Assembly (NCBI RefSeq): GCF_964355755.1 | Contig: NC_092673.1 | Span: 15,472,948 to 15,536,947, forward strand | Length of the DNA: 64,000 nt | Reading direction: 5' to 3' | Origin: Antedon mediterranea | Lineage: Eukaryota; Animalia; Echinodermata | Shown here: one piece after another, positions 25,801 to 38,200 of the stretch | Numbering within the stretch: position 1 is the first letter of the stretch | Layout of the letters: each line of letters opens with the position of its first letter | Notes under the pieces: generated by a model | The model's input: only the letters and a program-made list of their open reading frames with translations | Database searches by the model: none | What the model was told of the DNA's origin: nothing | Program-made: the position numbers and the translations under genes

Positions 25801-27155
25801 CATAATAATGTTATTCTATTATTATTCTATTTTATAATACTAGGGATCTTTCGATTTATAAGGAAAAAGTTAGGTCATGTCAATTGATGTGTTGTTGGTC
25901 GTCATTTGAACTTAAAAGCCATTAAAACTCTCAAAGTTAGGAAACACGTCACAATGAATTTACACCACATAGTTTGGTGATCATCGCAAATCGAAAGGTC
26001 CTTAGTATTTTAACATGAAAGTTTATAATATTGTTCTTGCCTGTGGTTGATTTTTTATTTTAAAAAAAATTAAAAAATTTAGGCGCATGTGGCCAAGGAT
26101 TACCAATAGTAAATTAATCACAATATGTTTTGTTCTTAGTATGATTCAAGATTTGGTGATGCATTTTGGAACAGTAGTCGTTTCTCTGGTATGCATTACC
26201 TCTTAATGATGATGACAAGTTGGGCAGTTGTAGCTGATGTCTGGTATCTTCCACCAATGTATAGACAAGTACGTATAAAACAGATATGGTGCTTCAGATA
26301 TATTCTAATATGTATTGGACAATCAATATATCACCAGCTGGAACAAAATATTTTTTTTTGGTAATGCTTTACTGATTTATGGTTTGTCATAAATTAATAA
26401 TGCAAATAATGAATGAAGTGCGATGGTACAACTAATTTCATAAGGTGAAAGGTGAAATTCTATTTCACCGAATGAAATTATTTGTACCATCACACGAATA
26501 TAAAAACATCAATTATTTGTTTAATATATCATCTTTAAATTTATTTAATTTTATATCATATTTTATACTTTTCAACAGGATGGTGAAGAAGCTGCAGCAT
26601 TTGCAAATAGAGTCAAAGCAGAGATCGCCAAAAAGGGAGGACTTGTTGACCTTGTATGGTATGAAATTTATTTCCTAATTTTAAACTCTAGAGGGCAGTA
26701 TTAAGAATTTTTACTGAAATCTTATGAAAAAGGTGTTTTTATTTTATCTTTATTGTACTATAATAATGGACAATGTAAGTAGCCCATAATCATGTAGTAA
26801 CTGGAAAAAATGTTGGTCAGACAGATAAATGAGTCCATAGGCATTTGAAGGAGGTCAACAAATAAAATTTATTATACCTTCTATTACACTTTAAAATCTT
26901 TCTGATGAAATCTGGGAATTCAAAATTCAAACCTGACGTCTCACACCCAACCTGGTTGCGGTGAAATCTGATTGATTTAATCTAATTAAGCTAAACTATG
27001 TATCACTATATAAAATCTAAGTAATTCATTTTTTTAATTTGTTTTTTAGGGATGGTCAACTGAAAAGAGCCAGAGTAAAAAGTGAGCTGATGCGAGAAGA
27101 ACAACTAGAATACAGCAAAATAATTGCAAGCGCCAAAGCCAACCACAAAGATTAA
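13873..27155 (+). CDS. GPAT4: Glycerol-3-phosphate acyltransferase 3/4 (AGPAT9/AGPAT6 family), 15 coding exons
   Basis: GT-AG exons in consistent phase: 13873-14013, 14639-14726, 15120-15265, 15468-15510, 16733-16787, 17209-17274, 19480-19554, 20112-20201, 20327-20420, 24209-24327, 24675-24730, 25674-25759, 26140-26268, 26579-26658, 27050-27155. Motifs FGVSIGLRKLY, EFELSD, VTKRFSAEELPSWNLLTRTN, GICVANHTSPID, WFER, LIFPEGTCINNTSVMMFKKGSF, FGDAFWNSS, GGLVDLVWDGQLKR. Probably co-orthologous to vertebrate GPAT3 and GPAT4. An in-frame upstream ATG at 13744 is possible. AATAAA at 27212. Confidence 0.95.
17480..17710 (-). mobile_element. tRNA-type SINE, 3' part (family C)
   Basis: Core GGGTACCCATTTATACACCTGGGTGGAGAGAGGCA..GTATCTTGCC and an AT-rich triplet tail; homologous to the plus-strand copy at 55355-55592. 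Confidence 0.7.
17715..19305 (-). mobile_element. Crypton DNA transposon relic (DUF3504 tyrosine recombinase) in GPAT intron 6
   Basis: Minus strand from ATG 19084: MADSSCSNFALLNEQEL..SVNTKRQ..LRTKDGELYTKKSMHAIRYGLGRH..MYEIRGSKRCPV..RQRPK..PWYINAPLGINTIGKKMKMIS..HS/RAT..GHRSESSLKHYS, i.e. the catalytic H-x-x-R, H and Y motifs; frameshifts. Boundaries approximate. Confidence 0.85.
20625..21050. mobile_element. Non-autonomous Crypton-like interspersed repeat (family D)
   Basis: Inverted homology to 41935-42400 (GAGTTGAAAATAGAG..TCAA; CCAATCA.ATTGCAAGAATACAA), and shares CCAATCAAAT with the Crypton end near 19272. Confidence 0.6.
21072..24163 (-). mobile_element. Near full-length Rex1/Babar LINE in GPAT intron 9
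   Basis: ORFs 22977-23849 (RKRGKRGG, LICITETWL, GGGICCYIN, LGDLN, SDH = APE endonuclease), 21905-22945 (KAVGPDG, DYRPIALTS, QFAYR, LFIDFSSAFNT), KYADD near 21800 and 21223-21687; few frameshifts. Flanked by direct repeat AATTATTATTATT (21059-21071, 24164-24176). Confidence 0.93.
25085..25420. repeat. Degenerate ~80-90-bp tandem repeat (x3) next to a minus-strand tRNA-like head
   Basis: Recurrent AAACA.CACAGGCAC..AATAAATT..TAATTAATTTG..AAAGATGAGGAAATCTGT units, followed by TTCAAACCC..ATTAGACCA (reverse-complement B/A-box-like). Confidence 0.55.
25841..26004. mobile_element. Small Harbinger-like MITE
   Basis: TIRs TAGGGATCTTTCGATTT / AAATCGAAAGGTCCTTA. Confidence 0.65.
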
Positions 27156-27482
27156 GATTCATCTATATTTTTATTCAAAAAGCGTTTATTCTACATTATG
27201 CACAATTTTAAAATAAAGTTCATATCGGCTATTTTTATTCTAAATTTTAACTTTTAGAAAGAAATTTTTTTAATGACCGCAATATTGATGCTGAATTAAA
27301 CCTATTTTGATTTGTATATTTAAATATGAAGCTACTAGTAATGAGGAACCCAATGGTAATTCTATTTTTCGAATTTGTTAGGTCAATGTTAAATACAGTA
27401 TTAAATTGGCTGGTATCCAGTTTAATAGACATGCATTTTAATAAAACTGTAATTTCTGTATCTATGTTAGTTAAAAAATGTT

Positions 27483-27810
27483 TGAAGATGTTTTGTCCCC
27501 AAAAACATGAAAAAAGAAGATTAATAAAATCTTACTTTAAATAGGCCATTTTGCAGTTTTAATAAAGTTATTCACTTCTGTAAAACAAAAATCCCCACAA
27601 AATTATTTCATTTATAAAAAGACAAAAGATGGTTAATTTTAACCAAATACCTATTCATTGTCTGACAGACAATTTAAAGTATGTTTTATTTTAATTAAAT
27701 GGTTTTCGATCCAGTTTTTGCTCAAAGAGAATAACTATTATTATGTGACATTAAAATGGCATATTAAAACAAAAATGGAATAAAAATGGTAGCGGACAAT
27801 ATATCTTTAA
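27483..27810. mobile_element. MITE family B copy downstream of the GPAT stop, inverted relative to 13372-13707
   Basis: Ends GGACAATATATCTTTAA; internal ATAGGCCATTTTGCAGTTTTAAT and ATTATGTGACATTAAAAT match the reverse complement of the upstream copy. Confidence 0.7.
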
Positions 27811-29256
27811 TTTAAGTTTTTTTTTAATTATGAATGACGTGGCATGAGCAATAATTATAAAAGTTGTTTAATACGCTAAATTATATATACAGTATACTAT
27901 ACTGTTATACTGTAAACCCAATTACAGTATAGTATAGTTAGGCCTAGCACATATTTTCGGTAAATATTATTTTATTTTAAACCATGTTTATTTAAATTAT
28001 TCTGTTATATTTTTTAATTAAGTTTAAAATTGTTTAATCATAAATATTGTATTATTGTCCTATGTTTTTTGGGGTTAAAATTAGTATTTGTTCAGTTGTA
28101 TTTAAAAAAAAGATGCTTTCCATCATTATCTATTGATTGATATTTATTGTTAATTTGATTTCTTTATAAGCCAATAGTTGAAGGCAATACCAATACAATC
28201 ATTGTCAATTTTGTTTCTTTACTGTAAGCCAATAATTAAATTAAATACAAATAATTTTCTTTTAAAAGATAAACATAATTTACTTGGGGCTAGTGTATAA
28301 GCTTTCCCCTGCCATGTCTTCCAATTCATTGATTTCCATCCAAATTATTTAACAGATATTAAATGTATTAAATATGAAAATAGCCATTGAGATATACAGG
28401 GCAGATCTGTGTGTTGTACTTGACGTTAATAGTGGTTGCCTACCAGGGGAGCTTAATTATGAATAACAATTTTTTTTCTCGGTGTTTTGCGGGTGCTAAT
28501 TTGTTATGTACCCGCTCCGCCTCGTTCTTATTTAAGATATTCTTTCATGATCAATCTTTTAACAGTATTGAATTGGTGGGGTGACATTTGCGTGCAATCA
28601 GGAATTATGTGTTTTAATTAGTATGTATCGATGGATTAAAAAAAAAAATAAATAAATATTTATGTTTATTTGTTCATACTTTTTGTTGTCCTGTGTTCTT
28701 GTCCTAAATAAAAAATAAATAAAATGACGGGCATTACATTCATTATGGATATTGCATCCACTTCATGATTAACAACCATAAACAATTGTTTAAATAATAT
28801 GAGAGGAATATTTTCATGAGTTTAAGATTTAGAACTGAGGCAAAAAGAACAGTCAACCAATTCAGAAAACTGGTATACAGTAAATTAACATATCAAATTT
28901 ATCTGGAGCTCATTTAGTTGATTTAACCTTGCATAGTGCTGATAAAAAAAAGTTATTAATCGAGGTACTAATCTTAATATAATAAAGCACTATAAGCCTA
29001 TCCCTAATGAAGTAAAAATTTGTCACTGAAGCTAATTTTGTGTGACCTCGGTGGAACGCCATACTATAAGCAACAACACGAGTAGCGTGCCACACTTGCT
29101 TGTCCCTCTCTCCTCTCTTGTGATTGAGCTGGTCGTGTCGTGTATGAGTTGGTGGTGAAAGTGCAAGTCGAAATATTGTGGCCAGTTTGCCGGTTGTGAG
29201 AGAGAGCTAAATTTGTTTGATTTTTTACCATTCATTCATTTTTAATCAACTCAAAT

Positions 29257-32200
29257 ATGTCGGCAGAACATAGTGACGTTCCTGAAGCAAAGGTGCGTAA
29301 ATTTTATTAGGCCTATGGTTAATTTTCGTTAGGCTTGAGTTGTTGAAGTTTGTAGGAAGAGTGTACCTACTACCTTCAACTCAACTTCACTCTCGGCGGT
29401 GGGAGTGAATCCGCGGCGATGTAATAGGAGGTGCCTGGATGGAATGGGCTACAACGGCAGTAGTGCTTTCTCTGCAACTGAGTTGCATTGTTGTCTCATT
29501 TATTTGTGGTTATTGGGTAGAGGTAGGCCTACTAGGGCCTAGGTCAGAAAGGGACTTTTACTATTAATACATGCCTAGGCTAGCTCACTGAACTGTAAAA
29601 TAGGGTGGCAGGCAAACATTTTTGGTTTTGACTTGTTTAAAAAAAAAAAAAAAAATGTCTGCTGTCTTGTTGGCTCACATGATTTGCATCTACTGCTACT
29701 AGCAGTGCTAGGCCTATGAGTAGCCAAGCCTATTTTTCAGTCTTTAACTATTAACTAAGCCTATGATGACGAGTAGAAGAATTTTATGAAATAAAATGTC
29801 ATCAAATAACTTGTTTGATTTATGCAATTTCTTTAAAAAGTTAAAAATTGCCAAATAACAATGTGTTAATATTCATATAGAAAAATCTAACATCATTTCA
29901 ACCATTTAATAAAAAAACAGATACATTTGTCATTAGTCGGGTGCTACACCACCAGCAGTAGATTAGTTTTATGTGTATAGGGTGGCATTCTTGAAGGACA
30001 AAATTCAACTGCTACAGTAGGCCTGGATAAAGTTAACTTTATGCCCTACAAAAAACAAAATTGTACTGTATGGACCATTTTGAAAGAAATATCATGTGCC
30101 AAAAAACCACAGTAAATTGTATTTTAACAGCCTGTATTTTTTATTTTTCAGCTTGAAGAAGTTTGGACTGAGAAATGGGGAGCGTTCCATTGCTATGTCC
30201 AGGTTAGTTTGCAAAATGTATAATTATTTGGAAAGTGTTGTCGAATATCATTTTACCATTATTTATTTACTTTCTTTTATTTTAAGAAAAGTTGTTTGAT
30301 TTTGGATTATTACTGTAAATGTTATTAAAAAAATATTTTGTTAAGGCCAGTCAAAATCTAGCTTAATAATACAGACTTTATTTTCTAAGCAGTGCATAGT
30401 GTGATTTCCAAATGGTTAATCTTTTGGTACATATGATTATTATATATTATATATTACTCTACATTTTTCTAGTTTTTCTGAAGACATTCCAAAGTACAAA
30501 ATATAATTTAGGTAATTTAGCTGAATTCATAACATTTCGATGGTGAATTTATCTTTTTAAAACTTGATTGAATGTCACCATTACAATAAAGTATGCACAA
30601 ATTTGATATTTATTAAATATTATTAAAACATTAACATGTAAATCTACAACAAATTTAAATTTCCATCATGCCATCTGTATTGTTTATTTATAATAATTTA
30701 ATATTGGATCTAGATGACCTCGTAATATTATTTTATACAAAATTCAATTTGGTACTTTTAGGGCGTGTTTCTGCCGCATATGTTATATTTTATACCGTAT
30801 ATTTAAGTCTGTATATTTTAAGTACTATCTATGGTGGTCTTGTTAAAGTTGATCTTTTTTACCCACCCTGCCTTTTGATCCCCCAAAATGGGGACAAGTT
30901 GCCCGAATTAGAATTTGTTATCTTTGGCGATGTTGTACCGTATGTTATTGACTTGTTTCAACGACAAATTCGCACACCCCATACTCTCTTTTAATTTTTT
31001 CTAAATTATCTTTCTAAATCTGGCTGTCCTGTTTGTTTCTTTTAAATTTTCGTGAAAAGTTTCCCCCAACAGATTATTTGCATGACTATAGATTATCCAT
31101 CCATGTGTAAAAAGCTTACAGAAAATCAAAATATACTTTATTTTTTATTGGCAGCAGAAAATACGGTATAAACACCGTATTTTATCTACAAATTTTGTGT
31201 GGAAAATACGGTATACAAAATATGGTATATTTTTTATGAGCTCCGTTTTCTCTGTGAAAAATATACCGTATACGATATTTAAAAAATACAGTATTAATTT
31301 ATTAAAAATAATTTACTTGGCAGCGGAAACAGGGCCTTAGTATTTATTGGCCTGAAGTGTTTCATATGAGTGTTTTGTGCAACAACTGTATTTACATGGT
31401 GTTTTTCACTGTATATGATTAAACTATGCTTTTAAAAGTAAATGTCAATTACTATTTGATCCAATATTAATCATGCTGTGATGAGTGCTTGGCATCAACA
31501 TTTGCATAAAATAGTTAACTGGTTTACAAGCCTGTTATGTCTGGTTTGTTGCTTGAAGTTGCAGACAAATCAAAGAACAAATAGATTGTATACAAAATTA
31601 ATAAACTGTCATTGTCAATGTCAACACATACAGTATTTCCACTTATATTCACTACAAACATTACAAATAAATAATAGACCTACATTTAATATTGTTTTTG
31701 TCATACTAGCCACTACTACTATTTTGTTTTATATGTATGCAGTAAAAACAACAAGTACTGTAAATGTTAAAGGCTATTTGCAGTTCACCCAACATTTTTG
31801 TACGACCATTCAATATTTTATTTCTTATAAATGCCATTCATTATTGTATAAATATTGTAGGCCACTAGATGCAATGCATTCATTGGATAGTTGTTGAAAG
31901 GTTTTTGCTCTTAAAACTATATTAGCTGGGTCAATATGTTATAATATAAAGTTAGAGTACTATAGTCTATGCTAGTGACTATTATTAATATCTTTACAAC
32001 TATCTGCTTCAAATATTTGCCAATGAAGGAAGCGTCATTGGTCGTTGATCCTGTTTGTCTACAGTACAGTTAAATTGTACCACAATTATGTCAAAGGTTC
32101 ACTAGTCTGGGTTCCAGACGGAGTTTTGTCTTAATATTAGTTAAAAGATAAATATTTTGGCACATATGGCGTTTCATACGTATACTACTTGATTTTGGAT

Positions 32201-35200
32201 ACTCCGTCTGGGGAAACACGCACAAGTCACGTGGTTTGACACCAAGAATTCTTGGTGCATACGATTATCCGGTTGACTAGTTTCAGCTGCATGCGATTGG
32301 CTACTCTCTCGTACACCGTTTAAATATTCATATTTAAGAATTTCAAAGACTCAACAACTAAGATGATGCGCATGCGCTATGTTACGTTTAGACAATGTGT
32401 ACTTGGGTACATTTATGAAAGTTCTGAAGGCTAGAAATTATTTTATATGCCTAGTAGTCTGGTAAACATTTGATGGGATCTTTGAAACATGAAAACTCGT
32501 CTTGATTTATGATAGGCTAGCTTCTCCGCAAATCAAACATTGAATGGATCATTTATTACGCGGAGATAATTTTGATTTAATTCCCACCCAGACCCTGTCC
32601 TGTTCTGTGTGGTGGTGTAGCCCTGTTGTGTGCCGGTGGTATGTAGGCCTACTTCATTGGCGTTTTATTTGGCAGGTCATACGTGCGAGTTGAGTAGGAC
32701 CTACGAAAGAGGCCTAGGCCAAGGACTAAACAATTAATAAACAAAACAACTTGGCATTACTATTTTATATTTCAACAGTCTCGATCGTACATTAAGCACT
32801 GGTAGGCCTACGTACTCGATCTCTTTCATTTTGAAACAAAATGATCATTGGTTGATTCGAAATCCATATTTACATACCGCCCGCCCCATATAGCCAAATA
32901 CGGTATGATAACCTACGTCATTCTTATCGTATGTTTGCGGTCTGCAAATCGATTTCTATACGGGTTTCACAAGTCTGTATTTTCAGACAAAAATCGCGGT
33001 CGAAATAAAAACAAATAAATAAAAAAAAAAGATAATACAGACTTGGGGCAAGTCTAAAGGTTCACCTGTGGATAAAGCAAAATTATAGCTCAGTTACTAA
33101 AAAGTCTTTAGTATTATAATTAAAGTTTTTTCATAATGCTTTTTGCACTCAACAAATATAAAAGCTTATCGTGGAATAAAACAATTAATTAATTTTAATA
33201 AAAGTGGATACTTAATTGTTACATGAATTTGATGGTTTTACTTATCCAATGTAAAAAATTACGTTATTTGAATATTAAAAATGAAATTTAAATATTGTTT
33301 TCAAATAATGAACTATGATGAGCGTTTTACAATTTGCAGAAAATTTAGGTCTACAATTGGCATATGTGACCTGGTTTTTCTTACTCGTGTAGCATGTTTA
33401 TTTTGAAACCATTTCTTTAATATATTGGGATGCCAAAATGAAGAATTAAAAACATGTATTATAAATTCATATTTATTCATTGATCATATTGTTATAATGA
33501 CTTATAAGGTCATTTTAAAGTCGACTGATTTATATAGTGCCAACTGAATGTTTATTTACACTTGATATTATTGGTAGGTTTTTAAAATATTTTATGGTAC
33601 AAATGAGCAAGTCTTTTACAAATTCAATATGACGTTTAAGTTACCTACTGATCTGCTTGTGTCCCTCTTGGAATCACATTCATTCAACAGAATATACTTG
33701 TTGCACACAGAGGGATATTGTACTGTACAAGTCAGCTGTGCCAGAAAAGCAATGAAACCAAAGGTCATCGAATGGGTCATAGAAAAGTTTATACAGGATA
33801 CAGTTGTTAAGGCAACTGTAAAGATAAAGAAGTTAATCGCTTTTAAGTGTTGGATTTATGTGTCTGTGTATATAGGTATACAGTCAATATTGAATATGTG
33901 CCCCAGGTCATACAGTAGGAAAGGGGTACTACAGTATACTCCAAAACTTCAATTTGTAGAAAAAATACAAAATAAAAAGTTTACAATTGATATTAAAAAT
34001 ATGTAATTAATTGATACCATACCAGGGCATGTTACAGTCTACTGTGGCAAATAAGGCCAGTTTTGCCATAGCAATCTCATTCATGTTTTATTGTAATAGA
34101 AGGGAGGGCTATCTCAATATCTAGTATTTATTCATTTATTCCTTTCCAAGGATTAAATATAATTGTACAAGTGTTATTGTCAATAATAATTGTGTTAATG
34201 ATTAATTTAACTTAAGTTGTTTTACAGTATTTAATTCTGTTTTTAATATTTTTTTTCAAGGGGGATAAAGAGAAACATAAGAAGGTGTGCGTCACATTTC
34301 ATGACATCGGTCTAAATCGTAAGTTTCATTATTTCAACTATGTTAAACAAGAAATGTTTCTTACAAAAAAGTGGCTCGAAATTTTTTGATGTAACAGTTA
34401 ATCGTTAATTATTGTTTTTTCTTCATTAACTAATGTTTTTTTAAAATTGATATTCTATTTAATAATTTAACAGCCAAAACGAAAACATTGTTTATTGAAC
34501 AGGTCTTACAGCCTACTGTCTGCATACTGCACATCTCATAGACTCTTCTCCCAGACGTGCTTTGGGGGTTGCGCATACCCAGTCTGAGTTTCCAAATTCC
34601 TATTATTAAACTATAAGCTTCCACATGATACAGTTTCTTAATGCTTCCGTCCTCTTGAATTTAACTGCCAAAAGTTGCAGCGCGAAAACCAAAATAGATA
34701 TTTCCAGAAATGTGATCTGATACTGTACATAGACTGCCTTTTGTGGACTAAAATATAACAAGAATATTTCTTACAAAAAACGCTGCTCGCTTATTGTTAT
34801 TGCTAAGGTCAAGTCTGGGGGTCACAATACCCCTGATTCTGTAACTGCAACTTTTTACAAAATGTCCTTTCCTATAATACTTACTTGTACTCTATTCTAC
34901 TATTTTAACTCATATCACCAGAAGAAACCTTAGAAATATTTACATAGAGTTCTCTTACTCATGCCCCTGAATAATTATCAGAAATTAGTTTGAGTCCTGC
35001 TGCAGAAGGCATGTTGACAGATATGATGCTGTGAATCCAGGCTAGCAATATTGAATGTAGGACTGTGTAATGGCCTTTGGTAAAAGTTAAAGACACACAG
35101 ATACACCAACAAGTTTACATAATTAAACCAGAAGGGCACTCACTCAGAGAGCGCAACCTCTGCCTAGGCAAATGCAAATTTAATGACCTGTTTCCATACA

Positions 35201-38200
35201 GTTAAGATGAAACCATCCTTTAAAGTAAAAAAATAACCTTTTGAGTTATCCCGCTAATTACCAAATAAAAGAAATAAACAATTGTAATTAATGGTATGTT
35301 TTAGGGAGATTTTCCATCAAATTATTGCACAGTACAATCAAAATCTCTGTCTACACTATCAAACTTTATGCCATAATAAAAACGTGATGTGCCCATACAG
35401 TATATCTACACGATGATGTCATATTAATTACTACAAAATTTGACACTTCAAATTAGTTTGATAGTGTAGACAGAGCTTGATGATGTTGTCATATTAACTT
35501 TTTATGTTTCAGATTCTGCCTATCTGAAATTGATATCCCAACCTGTAGCCCATGGACTAGCAACCAAAATGTGCTTTGTCCATATCAATGCTCCTGGACA
35601 GCAAGACAACGCAGAAAACTTAAAAGACGGGTAAGTTTCCAATTGTAAAGAGATGTTATAAGATACAGTAATAGATTCAACAACCAGTTCCTATTTAAAA
35701 ATGTTTTGATTTGTATAGCAAAATAAAATTAATCACTTGATGATAATAATATTATAACATAATAAAACTATTTAGGGTTGGTGTAATGTGCATTAATATG
35801 GGGTATCATACTAATCTACGCCTGGTAGGTTTTAATAATAAAAAACGCACATCCTAACATTATATTTAATGTTGTTTTGATATTTAATTTATATGTTTTA
35901 TACATTTTAAATCAACATTAGTTATTTTAAGTGAAGATACTAATTTAGTTTATGGCGTTTATTCTGAAACCCCCCTCTGTGATAGTTGATGTTTTGTGGT
36001 GTTGAAGCTAATGATTGACGAATTTAGAATGAAAATGAGTGTTATGTGAAAGACGGAGATTTCCGTCTTTGGTGGTGAAAGTGTTAAATAAGGAACATGG
36101 TAGTATCACATGCATCTTTTACAAATTCAATTTATATATTTTTATAGGAAATATCTAAATTGAAGTAGAGTACTCACAATAATTCTGTAGATTGTTGGTA
36201 CACAGGGAAAAATTTTATTTTAAATTATATTGCTAATCAAACTGATTTTTAAGTCGAAACAGTTTTGTATTGTATTTTTTGCTACACAATTTTAGAAATG
36301 TGTAGCAATACAGTTGTTTAGTAGCTTGCTATGCTACACTGGCGAAATTATTCTCTGGTACATATGTTTGTTGAATGTTAATACACAATAAGCTTTTTTA
36401 ATGAGTCCCTTTTCAACTGAATAACCAGCAGACATGACTTAATGTCATTTGAAATTAGTTTTGAACGATGAATAACCTTCGTGGTGAAACTTTTAGGATA
36501 TAGCCGGTTACTTGTATTTTACATTAAAGTGTGGTCCCCAAGTAGGATCTAACGCAAGGACATAAGAGCAACGCAAGTATTTTGACCAATCATGAGGTGA
36601 TAGACCATTCAAAATCGTCCGATTGGTCAACTCACTTGCGTTGCGCTTACATTGTTGCATCCATTTGGGAACCGAGTTAACAAGGCAGCTTTAATCTACA
36701 GTATGAATGGCCCATTAGTTCCTGAGCCTATTGTTGTATTTTTAGAGTCTATAAAAATGTGCACTACTTGTCTACAGTACTACAATATGAAATTGACATT
36801 TCTCAGGACATTTGTCAAATTTTAAGATCAGTAACATCAATTTGAATATGAAGTACTGTAACTTTGTTGAAAATAACGCCTTTGAAATGATTTACATTGT
36901 ATACTCGGCAATTATTGATAAAATTAAATAAAACTTCATTACAGCCTTTCTTTATCATAAATGGTTTTAATTTTCCGTATTACAAAAAATATCCAATCTA
37001 TCAGTTACTGTAGATTACAACATCACGTATGTTGCATTTATTTGTATTTTTCCAGTCCACTTCATTATGCATAGTGGTATAAATCTTCATTTGCCACATA
37101 TATTCAAGGTCTAGATTGAGTTAGCAGCTATTTTGTGTAATATAAATACAAATAGGTGAAAAACACCTGCATGCTGTGTATTGATTGTACAATTCAAGTT
37201 TAAATACGTGTAAAATTTAAGTGTGAGGAAAAAATCACATTTCATCTAACTCCATAAACTCTGAAAGTTAATTTACATCGACATTTGCAATGCAATTAAA
37301 ATAAAAAATTAGTTTAAAAAGCAAACAATGTTAAGAGGCTATATAATGTTGATTTTTTGCAGTAGAAATCATGTTTGGATATTAAATTCCAGAATTTGTT
37401 TTAAATCTTCAAAGTCAATTAATATTATGTCTGTGTTTTATGTATCAAAACTATTTATCTTTTTATTTATTACCATATTCAGGTATGTGTATCCCACAAT
37501 GCAGCAACTTGCAGATGAGATCCCATATATACTTGAGCAACTAGGGTAAGTAATAAACCCTACAATATATATTGTAATATTGTTAGATGATTTAATTATC
37601 AGTGCCATGTTTTTTTTCATCTAAAAAAGCGATCTTCTTCCTAAAGACTAGAGCTGGTAAAACTACTTGTATTGTGGGAAAAATATTCTATGATAAAATA
37701 ATGTTAACTCATTTGGTAATAATAAGGAGTTGGCAAATGTGGATGGCTTCTGTCACATTGGTTTTAAATTTGCAAATTCTATTCTTCTGTTAAAAGAAGG
37801 TTTTCAATTAAAATTTAAAACTATTTTATAATTCATTCCCCTAATGCCTATCCTTTTAATACGTTCTTGTGTCAGTGTTTTAAAGTAGATGTTAACTCAT
37901 CAACATTTGTATACAGTACTATAAATAGGCTTTAAGATCCTGTTTACCTATCATTTTTGCTGGCATTATAAATTAAACTTTGTTGTTGAACTCTGCCATT
38001 AAATATTTATTATCATATGCTGAAATGAATGATGTCTAAAAAGATGTTGCATTGTCAATTTCACGTGATAGAATTTGGAAGTGGTATTAAACAGTTAACA
38101 GTTTCTGCGTGAATGTGACAGATATGATGTGAATCCCAGGCTAGCATATTAGGACTGTTTAATGGGCTTTAGTAGTAATGTTAGAGACACTTATATAATG

